From IMG/VR virus record IMGVR_UViG_3300044712_002165, positions 1 to 64,000 of that record: a DNA stretch of 64,000 nucleotides; one strand, given 5' to 3'. Every line of letters begins with the position of its first letter. Within the stretch, counting starts at the first letter, position 1. This document shows, piece by piece, positions 52,600 to 62,343 of this stretch. The translations under genes and the position numbers were made by a program. The stretch comes from a virus. A model generated the notes under the pieces. The model was not told where the DNA came from. It was given only the letters and a program-made list of their open reading frames with translations, and did not search any database.

Positions 52600-54807
52600 A
52601 TGGCAGACCCAACCTTTCCTGGCGTTTATACCCAGATCATCGATCAGAGCTTCCTGCCTGCGCAGCAGAGCCGGTTTCGGCCAGCACTGGTCGGCGTGAC
52701 CTCCAAAGGGCCGATGAACGAGCCGACCGTGGTTCGTTCGCTGAAGGATTTTCTGAATACCTTCGGCACGCCTGTCGCCGCGGCCGACATCAACGGTGAC
52801 ACCGTCAACTACTACCTGGCCGACGCCGTTTCCCTGATTGCCGACTACACCAGCACGATGACCGTCGTGCGCGTCGGCAATCAGTACACGGAACTCGACA
52901 GCCCCGTTTCGGCTGCTGGAACGTCGGGTGGAACGTCGCTGACCGTCAGCACCACGACGGCCACGATCCTGACCGACCTGCGCAACGCTGATCCTTCCGG
53001 TCAGCTCTACCTCAAGGTTGGCCAAGACGCCAAGGTCAGTTCTCCAGGTCTGCTCGTCACCAACATCAGCGGTACGACGGTTACCGTGGATACGGCGCTC
53101 TCCGACACGTACAGCGGCGCGACTGTCTACTACAGCAAGACGGCGAGTGCTGCAACGGAGGCGGAGGGCGTGCTGAAGTCCTACGTCTACACGAACAAGC
53201 TCACGAGCTTCGGGGCTGTTTACGGCGACAAGAACGGGTACACGTTCCGCGTCAGCAGCAACGGCAGCAACGTCAGCACTTCGGCTGTTTACAAGCTGGC
53301 AGCCGACAGCGCCCTGGTGGCTGAGACGCCTGAGCTGAAGGTCAAGATGGTGGTCAACGGCACGGCTTACCTGGAGACCACCAGCGACAGCCAGACCGGC
53401 TACCAGGCTCTGCCGCTTCAAGCCACCTACGACGCGTCAAACCCGGCTTACCTCTACCAGGGTACGGCGACGCAGAACGCGTACTTCATGGCGGCAGCGA
53501 CGCCTGGTGAGTGGTCCAACGGCAATTCCGCGAACATGGGTCTGTACGTTCGCGTTCGCCCAGGCAGCAAAGCCGGCACCAAGAAGCTCGAAATCTTCGA
53601 GAATGGTGCGCTGGTCGAGACCTTCGACAACATCGAGAAGGGCACGAACCCGGCCACCAGCCGGCCTTACTACGCCGAGGCACTCGACGCTTCGCAGTAC
53701 GTGCACATCAACGACTCCGTGGTGGGCATCGAGCATGCGGCAAACACGCGCTCGCCTTGGGATTCGGCCAGCTACGGCGCTGCGGTGAACGCAGGCGTGC
53801 TCGCGACCACCGGCACCACGTTCCAGACGGGCGGCAATTTCACGGGCGGCGCGAACGGCAACAACGCCACCGAGCAGGACTTCATGGGATCGTACGATCC
53901 CGTAAACGACCGCTACACCGGAATTCGATCCCTGGAGGACACCAACAACGTTGATGTCAACCTCATCGTGGCTCCGATGGACTTCGACAAGCTGAGCGGC
54001 ACTGCCACGACTCGCGGTATCGCGATCATGCAGCAGCTGGCCAGCACCGGTCGCGTGGCCAACGCGCTGGCGATTGCCGACGTGCCTCCTGGTCTCAACT
54101 CGGCGGCGGCGGTGGATTGGCACAACGGTGCCGGTCGGTACACAGGTCGCGCTCGCATCGATGACCCGAACCTGGCGATCTACTGGAACTGGTGGACGAT
54201 GACGGACAAGTTCAACGGGCTTCCGAAGGAAGTGCCGCCGTCCCTGGCCGCTCTTCGCTGCTTCGGGTTTACGTTCCAGCGCGATCAGCCCTGGTACGCC
54301 GCTGCCGGCGAAACCCGCGGCTGGGTCGCCGAGGCCAGCGCTGTGGAGTACGAGCGACTGAGTGCTGATGCGCGCAACGCGATGTACGGCAACGGCAACT
54401 CGGTCAATCCGATCATCAAGATCAACGGGCGCTACTACGTCTACGGCGAGCGCACCATGCAGCGCGTCGAGTCGAAGCTCACCGCGGCGCACTCGGTGAT
54501 TCTGGTCAACACGGTGGTCAAGGGTTTGGCCGCAATTGGTCGCCAGTTCGTCTTCGACCCGAACGACCTGGAGCTGTTGGTGCACATCCGTTTGGCCTTC
54601 TCGGAGTACCTCGACAAAATCCGCAATCAGCGCGGCATCGAGGAGTACGAGCTGGTCGTGGACGAGCGCAACAACACGGCAGACACGCGCAACCGGCGCG
54701 AAGTCATCGTGGACCTGTCGGTCATCCCGACCGATGTGGCCGAGCGGATTTTCATCAATGCCACCGTGCGCGAGTCGGGTGCTCAGCTGAACTCAGTGAG
54801 CGCGTAA
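52600..54807 (+). CDS. Tail sheath protein (gp18-like)
   Basis: PGVY..ID.S, KGP..EP, VPPS, WYA.AG..RG, VNPI, YGERT, FDPND. Confidence 0.95.
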   Translation: MADPTFPGVYTQIIDQSFLPAQQSRFRPALVGVTSKGPMNEPTVVRSLKDFLNTFGTPVAAADINGDTVNYYLADAVSLIADYTSTMTVVRVGNQYTELDSPVSAAGTSGGTSLTVSTTTATILTDLRNADPSGQLYLKVGQDAKVSSPGLLVTNISGTTVTVDTALSDTYSGATVYYSKTASAATEAEGVLKSYVYTNKLTSFGAVYGDKNGYTFRVSSNGSNVSTSAVYKLAADSALVAETPELKVKMVVNGTAYLETTSDSQTGYQALPLQATYDASNPAYLYQGTATQNAYFMAAATPGEWSNGNSANMGLYVRVRPGSKAGTKKLEIFENGALVETFDNIEKGTNPATSRPYYAEALDASQYVHINDSVVGIEHAANTRSPWDSASYGAAVNAGVLATTGTTFQTGGNFTGGANGNNATEQDFMGSYDPVNDRYTGIRSLEDTNNVDVNLIVAPMDFDKLSGTATTRGIAIMQQLASTGRVANALAIADVPPGLNSAAAVDWHNGAGRYTGRARIDDPNLAIYWNWWTMTDKFNGLPKEVPPSLAALRCFGFTFQRDQPWYAAAGETRGWVAEASAVEYERLSADARNAMYGNGNSVNPIIKINGRYYVYGERTMQRVESKLTAAHSVILVNTVVKGLAAIGRQFVFDPNDLELLVHIRLAFSEYLDKIRNQRGIEEYELVVDERNNTADTRNRREVIVDLSVIPTDVAERIFINATVRESGAQLNSVSA

Positions 54808-54839
54808 CCACGAACTGATCGTTTACAGGAGAAAAGTCT

Positions 54840-55442
54840 ATGCGGATGAACTTCAAAAACACGTTCGGGTCGCAGGATTCGCGCCTCGACCTTCAGCGTG
54901 TTGACCTTTGGAAAGTCACGTTGCAGCTGCCGCAGGCGCTCGGACTGAGCTGGGCGGAAAACGTCGAGTTCGCACTCCAGAACTTTCCGTTCCCGGATCG
55001 TGCTCGCGAAATGACGGCGGTGAAGTACATGCAGCAGACCAACCACCTGTTGGGTGCTGACGTAGCCACCACGCCTGTTGAAATCCAGGTGCGGTATGCG
55101 TTCGCTCAGCGGACCGCAGAGGCCCTGGAGAAGTGGTTCCAGTTGTGCGCCAACCAGAGGACTGGTGGTGTCGGCTTGACCTCCCAGGTGAAGGCCAAGG
55201 GCTACATGCGCTGGCTCGTCCCGAACATGCAGAAGCAGATTCAGGACATCCGCGGCGTGGCCGTGCCGGGCGAGAACACCCTGAACGAGGGCCTGACGTA
55301 CGAGCTGGAAGGCTGCGTCATCCGCGGGCTGAAGTTCACGGATGCGGACATGACCCAGAGCGGTCCAGTCAACATGGTCTTCTCGCTCCAGATCGACCGG
55401 TACTACCCGGTGAATCTGGACCAGATGGTCATCAACACATGA
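54840..55442 (+). CDS. Tail tube protein
   Basis: Directly after sheath; 200 aa; YELEGC, LQIDR. Confidence 0.8.
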   Translation: MRMNFKNTFGSQDSRLDLQRVDLWKVTLQLPQALGLSWAENVEFALQNFPFPDRAREMTAVKYMQQTNHLLGADVATTPVEIQVRYAFAQRTAEALEKWFQLCANQRTGGVGLTSQVKAKGYMRWLVPNMQKQIQDIRGVAVPGENTLNEGLTYELEGCVIRGLKFTDADMTQSGPVNMVFSLQIDRYYPVNLDQMVINT

Positions 55443-55750
55443 GCGACGAGCTGCTCGCGGACGTTGAGGCTTTGGATCAGGAGCAGGTGGACGTTGTCCT
55501 TCCGGCTCCTGAACCGTTGAGCACGTCTACCGCGGGCCTGGCTTGCCCTCATTGCGACAGCCTGGAAACAGCGGTTCAGGAGGTTGAGGACGCGGAGGTT
55601 GGTCTCTCAGGTGGTGGCGAGAAGTTGAAGGTTGTGATCTGCCAGCAATGCCAGGCAGAGTTCTGTCCGCCACCGCCGCTTGAGTCGGCAGCCGTCATCG
55701 AGGCAGTCTTGGCGCGCCGCGCTGTGGTTGCCAGGAAGCTTTTGTCGTGA
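55439..55750 (+). CDS. Zn-ribbon protein
   Basis: CPHC...CQQC; C-terminal ESAAVIEAVL. Confidence 0.65.
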   Translation: MSDELLADVEALDQEQVDVVLPAPEPLSTSTAGLACPHCDSLETAVQEVEDAEVGLSGGGEKLKVVICQQCQAEFCPPPPLESAAVIEAVLARRAVVARKLLS

Positions 55751-56274
55751 AGGGATTCGTCACCATCATCGGCGTCACGTTGGCAGACGGCACGCCTGTT
55801 TCGACGCAGAAGGCCATCGAGTATGGCTGGATCACTGCGCCTGTCGGTCGCCAACCCGGCGGCTGGGGGCTTGAGCGTCACGAGGTGCCCATCGGCACGA
55901 ACCTCATCGTGGACCAGGGGCGGCAGTGCAACGCGTACGCCATGGGTTACCGGTCGCCGATCACCGATTACGTCATTGCGCGTTTCGGAGTGGGCACGGG
56001 GCTCACCGCAGCGAAGGCAACAGATGTGGCGCTCGAAGCACCTATCACGCTAAGCACCGGTCTGACGAAGCCTGTCGATCTGGTCGATTTCCCCGGGCCG
56101 TTCATGGTGCGCATCATCGGCACGCTGAGCACGAGCGAAGCCAACGGCTACGTCATCTCGGAGATGGGTGCGTTTACGGCAGCCGGCACGCTCATTGCCC
56201 GCAAGGTTCGCTCAACGACGATCAACAAAACCTCTGATTTTGCGCCAACAATCGCTTGGCGTATACGCTTCTGA
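55747..56274 (+). CDS. Tail-collar/baseplate fibre-attachment protein
   Basis: NLIVD.GR, FGVGTG...TD.AL, ISEMG.F, INKT. Confidence 0.7.
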   Translation: MKGFVTIIGVTLADGTPVSTQKAIEYGWITAPVGRQPGGWGLERHEVPIGTNLIVDQGRQCNAYAMGYRSPITDYVIARFGVGTGLTAAKATDVALEAPITLSTGLTKPVDLVDFPGPFMVRIIGTLSTSEANGYVISEMGAFTAAGTLIARKVRSTTINKTSDFAPTIAWRIRF

Positions 56275-56277
56275 GCC

Positions 56278-56631
56278 ATGATCACGCACGTCACCGACAG
56301 CCAGGTAGTTGGGGAGACCGAAGCCACGCTGTGGAGCACGATCCAGCAGGGACCGGTCTCCATGATGGTCATCATCAAAAACTCCGGCGTCAACACCATG
56401 AACTATCGCTTCCAGGAGTACAACGGGAGCGCGTGGGTTGACCTCGGAGCCTCGGGCTCGGACTACTACAACACGCTTTCACCGAACGAGGTCCGCGGGT
56501 TCAAGGTTTCCTCGACCTATCCGCAGGTCCAGATGGTCGGAAACGCTTCCGGCGGCGCGTTCCTGGAGTTCTCGGTTGACCGCTACGTCAATCGGGCTTC
56601 CGGCGGCTCAATCCCTCTCCTGAGCCTGTAG
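56278..56631 (+). CDS. Probable virion structural protein
   Basis: Beta-rich ORF in tail operon. Confidence 0.65.
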   Translation: MITHVTDSQVVGETEATLWSTIQQGPVSMMVIIKNSGVNTMNYRFQEYNGSAWVDLGASGSDYYNTLSPNEVRGFKVSSTYPQVQMVGNASGGAFLEFSVDRYVNRASGGSIPLLSL

Positions 56632-56632
56632 T

Positions 56633-57022
56633 ATGGCTCGCCCACTCAAGCCCGGCACGCTTCGGACCAAGACCTGGCCCGGCGTCAAACCCGACGACAA
56701 GCACGCGCCTGAGACGACGCGCTACCAGAACCGGACTGATTTCGTGCCGCCGCCGGAGGCTCAGGCCGTCATCGACAAGATGTGGCCGCACATCGAGAGG
56801 GCCTTCAAGCAGTACGGGGCCTCCGAAGGCATGCTGGCTGTTTACGTCGCGACGCGTGACGCGACCAAAGCGGCCGGGTGGGGAGACGACAAGGCGCACC
56901 TGATGCGCGACTACATCCTGGGCATGGTCAACAAGGCCAAATTCAAGCCGAACTTCGGGTCTGACCCTGAGTTTCAGGTTGAGTCTGCCGAGCGGATCGT
57001 AAACAGGCTGCTCGAAGCCTGA
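56633..57022 (+). CDS. Hypothetical protein with C-terminal LLE tag
   Basis: Ends VESAERIVNRLLEA. Confidence 0.7.
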   Translation: MARPLKPGTLRTKTWPGVKPDDKHAPETTRYQNRTDFVPPPEAQAVIDKMWPHIERAFKQYGASEGMLAVYVATRDATKAAGWGDDKAHLMRDYILGMVNKAKFKPNFGSDPEFQVESAERIVNRLLEA

Positions 57023-57024
57023 TT

Positions 57025-57870
57025 CTACTCGGCGTAGTCGTCGGTGTTTCTGGCGTGTCCGTAGACGTGCCAGATTTCGTCGTAGAGGCTGGCAATCCCA
57101 GGAATCCCGAGGTCTGCCACGTCCCGTGGTTTGGCCAGCACTATGGGAGCCGGCTCAGGAACATCCGGAACATCCGTGTGCAGAAGCGTTCGGTCCAGTG
57201 ACGACCAGAACGCTTCCTTCAGCTCCTCCGGAACCTGCGCGTCGATGGCTTCTACGACCTTGTCGAACGGCATGTCGTTTGGAATCTGCTCGAAGAGCTT
57301 CTGGCACTTCTTTGGTCCCCAACGGGGAATGCCTGCGATGTTGTCTACAGGATCACCGATGATCGCCAGAGCTATGGCGATTTGGTTGGGGTGCTTGACG
57401 CCCCACTTTCGGTTGATGAGGTGCGGAGAAAGCGTCGCTTTTTCGTTGAGGCAGTAATAGCGCACAGGACCGCCCTGGAGCTGCATCAGGTCCTTGTCGC
57501 CTGACACGACGTACACCGCATCAGCCGGGCTTTTGTAAACGGCAGTTGCGACAACGTCGTCACCCTCGAAGTCCTGGTGTTCGGCGTTGGGCGCGCCGAA
57601 CACGAAGTGCAGCACGTCGCGCACCGCCTGCTTGGTCTCGTGGTACTCTGGCGGCTTCTCGGCTCTGTTCTTCTCGGCTTTCCGGGCTCCGTCCCAGGCG
57701 AACAGCAGGCGGTCGATCTTCTCGCCGATCTTGTCGTTTCGTGGATTCAGGATGACGCACAGCGTCTGCAAGACCAGGCGCACGGCCTCTGCCGGGTCAG
57801 GGTTGATGCGCTGTGCAGCATACCAGGAACGGGCGTAGAGCGAGTTGGCGTCCACGATCATGTCCGTCAT
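57025..57870 (-). CDS. 5'-3' exonuclease (Pol I 5' nuclease / T4 RNase H-like)
   Basis: IVDANSL, AWDG, EGDDVVAT, SGDKDLMQL, GDPVDNI.GI..WGPK. Confidence 0.92.
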   Translation of the reverse strand: MTDMIVDANSLYARSWYAAQRINPDPAEAVRLVLQTLCVILNPRNDKIGEKIDRLLFAWDGARKAEKNRAEKPPEYHETKQAVRDVLHFVFGAPNAEHQDFEGDDVVATAVYKSPADAVYVVSGDKDLMQLQGGPVRYYCLNEKATLSPHLINRKWGVKHPNQIAIALAIIGDPVDNIAGIPRWGPKKCQKLFEQIPNDMPFDKVVEAIDAQVPEELKEAFWSSLDRTLLHTDVPDVPEPAPIVLAKPRDVADLGIPGIASLYDEIWHVYGHARNTDDYAE

Positions 57871-58049
57871 GCGGTGCCTCCCTTCATCGCGGCATTCTCG
57901 CGTTCCACGCACTCGTTGCGCCACTCGACGAGCTGGTCCATCAAGTCGTCAGGAATTTGGGTCGCGTCGAGGACAATCCCCTTACCGTCCCACGCCAGGC
58001 TGAACAGGAGTTTCCAGCGTGCCTCCCGGCGCAGGCGCGCTTCCTCCAC
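57867..58049 (-). CDS. Short baseplate assembly protein (gp51-like) or frameshift extension
   Basis: GTG directly after a T6 run; LLF.L...IP...W...ERENA. Confidence 0.5.
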   Translation of the reverse strand: MEEARLRREARWKLLFSLAWDGKGIVLDATQIPDDLMDQLVEWRNECVERENAAMKGGTA

Positions 58050-58812
58050 GAAAAAACTCGGTCTCGAAGCCCAACCGGTAGGTGAATCGGGTGCCGCACT
58101 CGTCGCAGATGTGCTGAATGTCCGTGTTGAGGTGCGGAGAAAGCCGATCCTGCTCGGTCTCCAGGAACTTGAGGTCGGCCGGGGTGAGCGCGTTGTACCA
58201 GCGCAGCATTTCGTCCAAGGTGTCCGCGGTGCTGCCGTTGATCGACACGATGCCGAGGAGCGTCCGCATGAGCCTGTCGGAAACAACCTGGCGATCTTGC
58301 GACGAGCGTTCGGTCACGATCTTCTCGTCGCGCACCGTCAGCGGGCGGATGCGCACCGTATCCTTCGCGTCTGCCAGCAGGATGTCGTCCCAGCCTGGGT
58401 AGTCGGCTGCCTTTTCGCCGATCTTCTCCAGCTCGTCAGGAACCACGATGGCTTCCTGGTTGGCGTGGTGGCAGGACGGGCACTCGGCGTTGTATACGAC
58501 GCGCCCTTCGCCAGCGGCCATGGCGCGTGCCGTCAACAAAATCGTCATCAGCTCGGAGGTGAGCAGATCGTCGATTTTGCCGCCGTTCAGGTTGCATAGG
58601 CGTTCGACCAGGCTGAACACCACCTCGGTGCGCTTCGACCGACGCACCTGTTCGAGCATGAACTCGTCGATGGACGAATCCCACGGGTAGACCGTGATTC
58701 GGCCTTCCGGCCATGCAGTCGGATTGGTGTACCCACGCGACAGAAGGATGATTTCGCGACTGAAAGCCTGTCGCCGAGGCTTCAGGCTCTGCATGTTCGT
58801 CTTGAGCGGCAT
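57982..58812 (-). CDS. Baseplate hub assembly protein (gp26-like)
   Basis: LLSRG, ILL.AR, CPSC, IRPLTV.DE, CDECG...EFF. Confidence 0.75.
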   Translation of the reverse strand: MPLKTNMQSLKPRRQAFSREIILLSRGYTNPTAWPEGRITVYPWDSSIDEFMLEQVRRSKRTEVVFSLVERLCNLNGGKIDDLLTSELMTILLTARAMAAGEGRVVYNAECPSCHHANQEAIVVPDELEKIGEKAADYPGWDDILLADAKDTVRIRPLTVRDEKIVTERSSQDRQVVSDRLMRTLLGIVSINGSTADTLDEMLRWYNALTPADLKFLETEQDRLSPHLNTDIQHICDECGTRFTYRLGFETEFFRGGSAPAPGGTLETPVQPGVGR

Positions 58813-58828
58813 ACGGTAGAGAACGGGT

Positions 58829-59779
58829 TTACGAAGTGAAAACGGTTCGAGAAATGAGGAGACTCGGTTCAGGTTGAACTATGCCGATGGGCGGAATCAC
58901 CGGAGGGAACGTGTTGCTCCCGTTGTTCCCGTTGCCGTGCGTGTGCGTGCTGAGGTAAAGCAGCAAGCTTTCAAGGAACAGAGTCAGCTGCGTGCCCAGG
59001 ACGTTGGGTTCAACCGCCTGGGCGCTTCCAAGGCGCACGATAGGGGCAGTCAGAGAAGCCTCGGCAAGGGCGTCCAGGGTGATATTTGAAGCTGCTCCGA
59101 CACTGAAGTCGTAGGTGGTCTGGAAATCGACGCTTCCGCCGCACTGAACCGAAAAATCACCCGTCATCGTGGTCCAGTCGAAGTTGTTCGAGAAGCCCGT
59201 GACGGCCTCGCCAACGTTGATGGCGAGGTCCTCGTTTGCGAAGACAGAAATGCCGTTGTCGAGGTCGTCGAGCCGGACCAGGTTACCCAGCGATGTGCTG
59301 AGGTCAATTCGGCCGTCGGCTTCGCCGTCGATAATCTGTAAACGGTATCCCTGGGACGTGATCGCGTTGATGCCTGTCTCTGCCAGCTCCAGCGCGTGGT
59401 TGAAGCGAGTCCAGAAGCTGGATTGAGGTTTGCCGACTTCGCCGGTTGCCGTCATCGCGTAAGGATGCAGCTTCAGCTTGTCGCGATCCGAGAAGGTTTG
59501 CATGCCCCATTCCCAGATGGGCTTTTCAGGTTCACCGTCGAGAAAGCGCACCCACACATGGTCTCCAGGTGCGGGCAGGTGCGAGAACCCTCCGCTCTGC
59601 GCGCTGCCACCTGCGGGCATACCTGCGGGCATCGCCCAAGGCAAATCGTTTACGCCGATGTACCCCGCGGCTGAGCTGCTGACGCCGTGAATATGTGCGA
59701 CGCGCACCTTTGCGCGGCCCAGTTTTTCTGGATCACGCACGTTCTCGACGACCCCGCCGTATGTGCCAAAAAATCGCAT
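58829..59779 (-). CDS. Baseplate spike (gp5/VgrG OB-fold)
   Basis: GVVENVRDPEKLGR.KVRV, LPWA, P.PGD.VWV.F..G.P, HTH. Confidence 0.9.
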   Translation of the reverse strand: MRFFGTYGGVVENVRDPEKLGRAKVRVAHIHGVSSSAAGYIGVNDLPWAMPAGMPAGGSAQSGGFSHLPAPGDHVWVRFLDGEPEKPIWEWGMQTFSDRDKLKLHPYAMTATGEVGKPQSSFWTRFNHALELAETGINAITSQGYRLQIIDGEADGRIDLSTSLGNLVRLDDLDNGISVFANEDLAINVGEAVTGFSNNFDWTTMTGDFSVQCGGSVDFQTTYDFSVGAASNITLDALAEASLTAPIVRLGSAQAVEPNVLGTQLTLFLESLLLYLSTHTHGNGNNGSNTFPPVIPPIGIVQPEPSLLISRTVFTS

Positions 59780-59797
59780 TCTACAGGTAGTTACGGT

Positions 59798-60637
59798 GTG
59801 CGCATCACGCCCGCCAAGCAGAAGAACGTGTGGGGAAGCCAGGCTACGGGCCTCACTTTGGAGCCGCAGCGCTCTGATCTTTGGATGGTAGACATGGATG
59901 CCGCAGTGAACGCGCTGAACGCCTCCTGGTCTGCCATCTACCCAAGTAACGCCAATCTGCTTGAGCCTCTTTTGCCACAGTTCGTCACTTCGGTGACGTT
60001 TCCGAACTTCGCCGTGAAGCCGGAGGTTTATCGCCGGTCGTCGATTCCGTACAACATGCCTGGATTCGATGAACCGATTGAACCGGTGAAGATCACATTC
60101 CTGTTGAACCAGGACAACAGGGGCGTGTCTCCTGTATACGAATTCGTCACGCGCTGGCAGGCGCTGACCAGGCTTGGCCGTGGGAGTCGAATACTCGAAG
60201 GACCGCTCGACAACGACGTGTACCCTGACGCCGAAACTGAAGCGTTGCCGATTTTTCGGTTCAGCTTTGAAATCGTGCACCTGCGTGGTGCACAGCTACA
60301 AACGCAGAATGTGGGTGCTGAGCTTGCGCGCCTCAACGAATCGGTCAAGCAGGCGGTCATAACCAGACGGCGCATTCAGGATGCGCTCAAGCTGGGCAAC
60401 GTGCGCTCCGATTTCTTTACGGCTTCTTCTGCTATTTCGTCGTCCAGCACGCGTCTCGTTGAGTCCACGGGATTCCTGGAGCGCGCTTGCACCTTTGTGG
60501 TTCAGAACGCCTGGATTGGAAGCTTCAAGTTGTCCGACCTGGCCTACAAGCAGACTGAACTGGTAACCCTGGAAGCTACGTTCTACCCAGAAACGGTGCA
60601 CGTAACGCGTGGGGGCGACACCGACCCAATTCCCTGA
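59798..60637 (+). CDS. Tail tube-like baseplate protein
   Basis: KNVWGSQ..QRSDLW.V parallels the tube protein KNTFGSQ..QRVDLW.V. Confidence 0.7.
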   Translation: MRITPAKQKNVWGSQATGLTLEPQRSDLWMVDMDAAVNALNASWSAIYPSNANLLEPLLPQFVTSVTFPNFAVKPEVYRRSSIPYNMPGFDEPIEPVKITFLLNQDNRGVSPVYEFVTRWQALTRLGRGSRILEGPLDNDVYPDAETEALPIFRFSFEIVHLRGAQLQTQNVGAELARLNESVKQAVITRRRIQDALKLGNVRSDFFTASSAISSSSTRLVESTGFLERACTFVVQNAWIGSFKLSDLAYKQTELVTLEATFYPETVHVTRGGDTDPIP

Positions 60638-61767
60638 TGATCCCGACATCTCCAGGCACCAGAAACGTCCTGAAAGCGCTGCGCATTCCATGTGCCAGGA
60701 CGTGCACGCTTGTATACGGATTCTCACGCGAGGCACAGACCAACATCGGCTACACGTTGGAGATGCCAGACGGAGAGCCGGCGGTCGCGTGCGGAACAGG
60801 GACTGTCATTGCGATCCGTGAGCGTTTCGCCGACTGGGCCTACTCATCAGCACTGAGCAACGTGCTGATCAAGGAGGTGCTGATTGAGCACGGTGACGGT
60901 GTCCGAACTTTGATCTCCGGCTTGGCTTCGGTGTCGGTTGTTGACGGAGACTCGGTTGAGCGAGGCGCTGAAATTGGGTACGGAGCCACTTCGCAGGTTC
61001 ATTTCCGAATTCTGCTGTTCGAGCAGGCCATCGATCCGGCAGTCCTCGGCGCGCCGTTTGCGATGTACGACGGGCGCTACGTTCCAGGACAGGATCGGAA
61101 GATTCGGTTTGCTCCGGACAAGGTACAGCGCGATCCGAGCGAAGGCTACCTTGTCCGCCTGTACAACGGCATTCGGTATTTCAAGGCCCTGATTTCGTCG
61201 AATTTCCTGGTCAGCGTCGATTGCAACGGATCAGGCACCAAGGTTGGTCCTGGCCAGGTTACGGTCAACAGCTCGGACTACTGGAACGTCTACAGTCCGG
61301 CCCAGTTTTACGCCGTCGGCACCTACGCTTGCGGGTACGGAACGCTTTTCTCGTCCGACCCTGTGCTTTGGCTGTACGGCTACGACGGGGAGCGCACCAG
61401 CGCCTGGATCGAGAAGATCGTGGAGCCGCTGGCCCCTTTCTATGGCAGCACGTCGGCTTGGGATACGATGCTCGGCACTTGGCTTGGCGGATACTCCGGC
61501 ATCAACCCGGTTGAAACGTTTTTCAACGTGCGTGGGCTGCCGATGGGTACGCTGGACGTGTACCTCTATGGATTTGTCGCCTCAACGACGTTTATGGTTT
61601 CCGTAAACAGCGGATCAATCGCGACACAGGTTTTGAATCCAAACGGAACGGCTGGATACGCGGAAGGGCGCAACTACGTGAAGTTCACGGTCAGCATGCC
61701 GTTCAGAGGCATCCTGAACGTGAAAGCGTTCGGCTACTTCTCGGGCATGCAGATCATCAAGGTTTGA
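60637..61767 (+). CDS. Virion protein with degenerate M23 peptidase-like domain
   Basis: G.P.VA...GTV, V.IEHG, V..GD.V.RG..IG, HF.I...IDP. Confidence 0.65.
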   Translation: MIPTSPGTRNVLKALRIPCARTCTLVYGFSREAQTNIGYTLEMPDGEPAVACGTGTVIAIRERFADWAYSSALSNVLIKEVLIEHGDGVRTLISGLASVSVVDGDSVERGAEIGYGATSQVHFRILLFEQAIDPAVLGAPFAMYDGRYVPGQDRKIRFAPDKVQRDPSEGYLVRLYNGIRYFKALISSNFLVSVDCNGSGTKVGPGQVTVNSSDYWNVYSPAQFYAVGTYACGYGTLFSSDPVLWLYGYDGERTSAWIEKIVEPLAPFYGSTSAWDTMLGTWLGGYSGINPVETFFNVRGLPMGTLDVYLYGFVASTTFMVSVNSGSIATQVLNPNGTAGYAEGRNYVKFTVSMPFRGILNVKAFGYFSGMQIIKV

Positions 61768-61779
61768 GTTCTTGATGAT

Positions 61780-62343
61780 ATGCGGTCGGTGCCGTGGCAT
61801 ACCCATCCGTTCGTTTCTGGAGTTCTCGTGGTTTCAGACGCCACGCGCCTACCGCTTGCACGAGAGGCTGCTGACTCGTTTACAAAGCAAGATTGGCCCG
61901 TCAAGGAGCTGGTCATCGTCAACACGACAGGTGTGCCTGTAGGGCAAGGCCGTGAGCTTTTGTTTACGGTAGCTCCAACGTCGGACAGGAATGAACTGGT
62001 GCGCATCGGGTACTGTGCGTCCGGTGGGGAATGGTGCGCGGTGCTGGATGACAATGCCTGGTACGCGCCGGAGTACATCAAAACGCAGATGGCGCAGGCC
62101 GTTGACGGCGTTCGGGTGATGCTGACCTCAGGAGTGTTCTACTTCGACACTCGCCATCACACTACGGTCAGGCGTTGGGACATGGCCTCCTACGTGTTCA
62201 AGCGTACTGCCGAAACGCAGTTGCCTTCTGAGGTTACAGCTGAAGCCTTGCGTGCGGCTTTCAAGTCTGTTTACATTGTTGACCCGCACGCTGAAGCACC
62301 ACTGGTCACACGGTTTCTCTATGCTCACACGCCTTCCGATTGA
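61780..62343 (+). CDS. Glycosyltransferase family 2-like
   Basis: F..QDWP.KELVIV, RN...ASGGEW.A.LDD. Confidence 0.75.
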   Translation: MRSVPWHTHPFVSGVLVVSDATRLPLAREAADSFTKQDWPVKELVIVNTTGVPVGQGRELLFTVAPTSDRNELVRIGYCASGGEWCAVLDDNAWYAPEYIKTQMAQAVDGVRVMLTSGVFYFDTRHHTTVRRWDMASYVFKRTAETQLPSEVTAEALRAAFKSVYIVDPHAEAPLVTRFLYAHTPSD

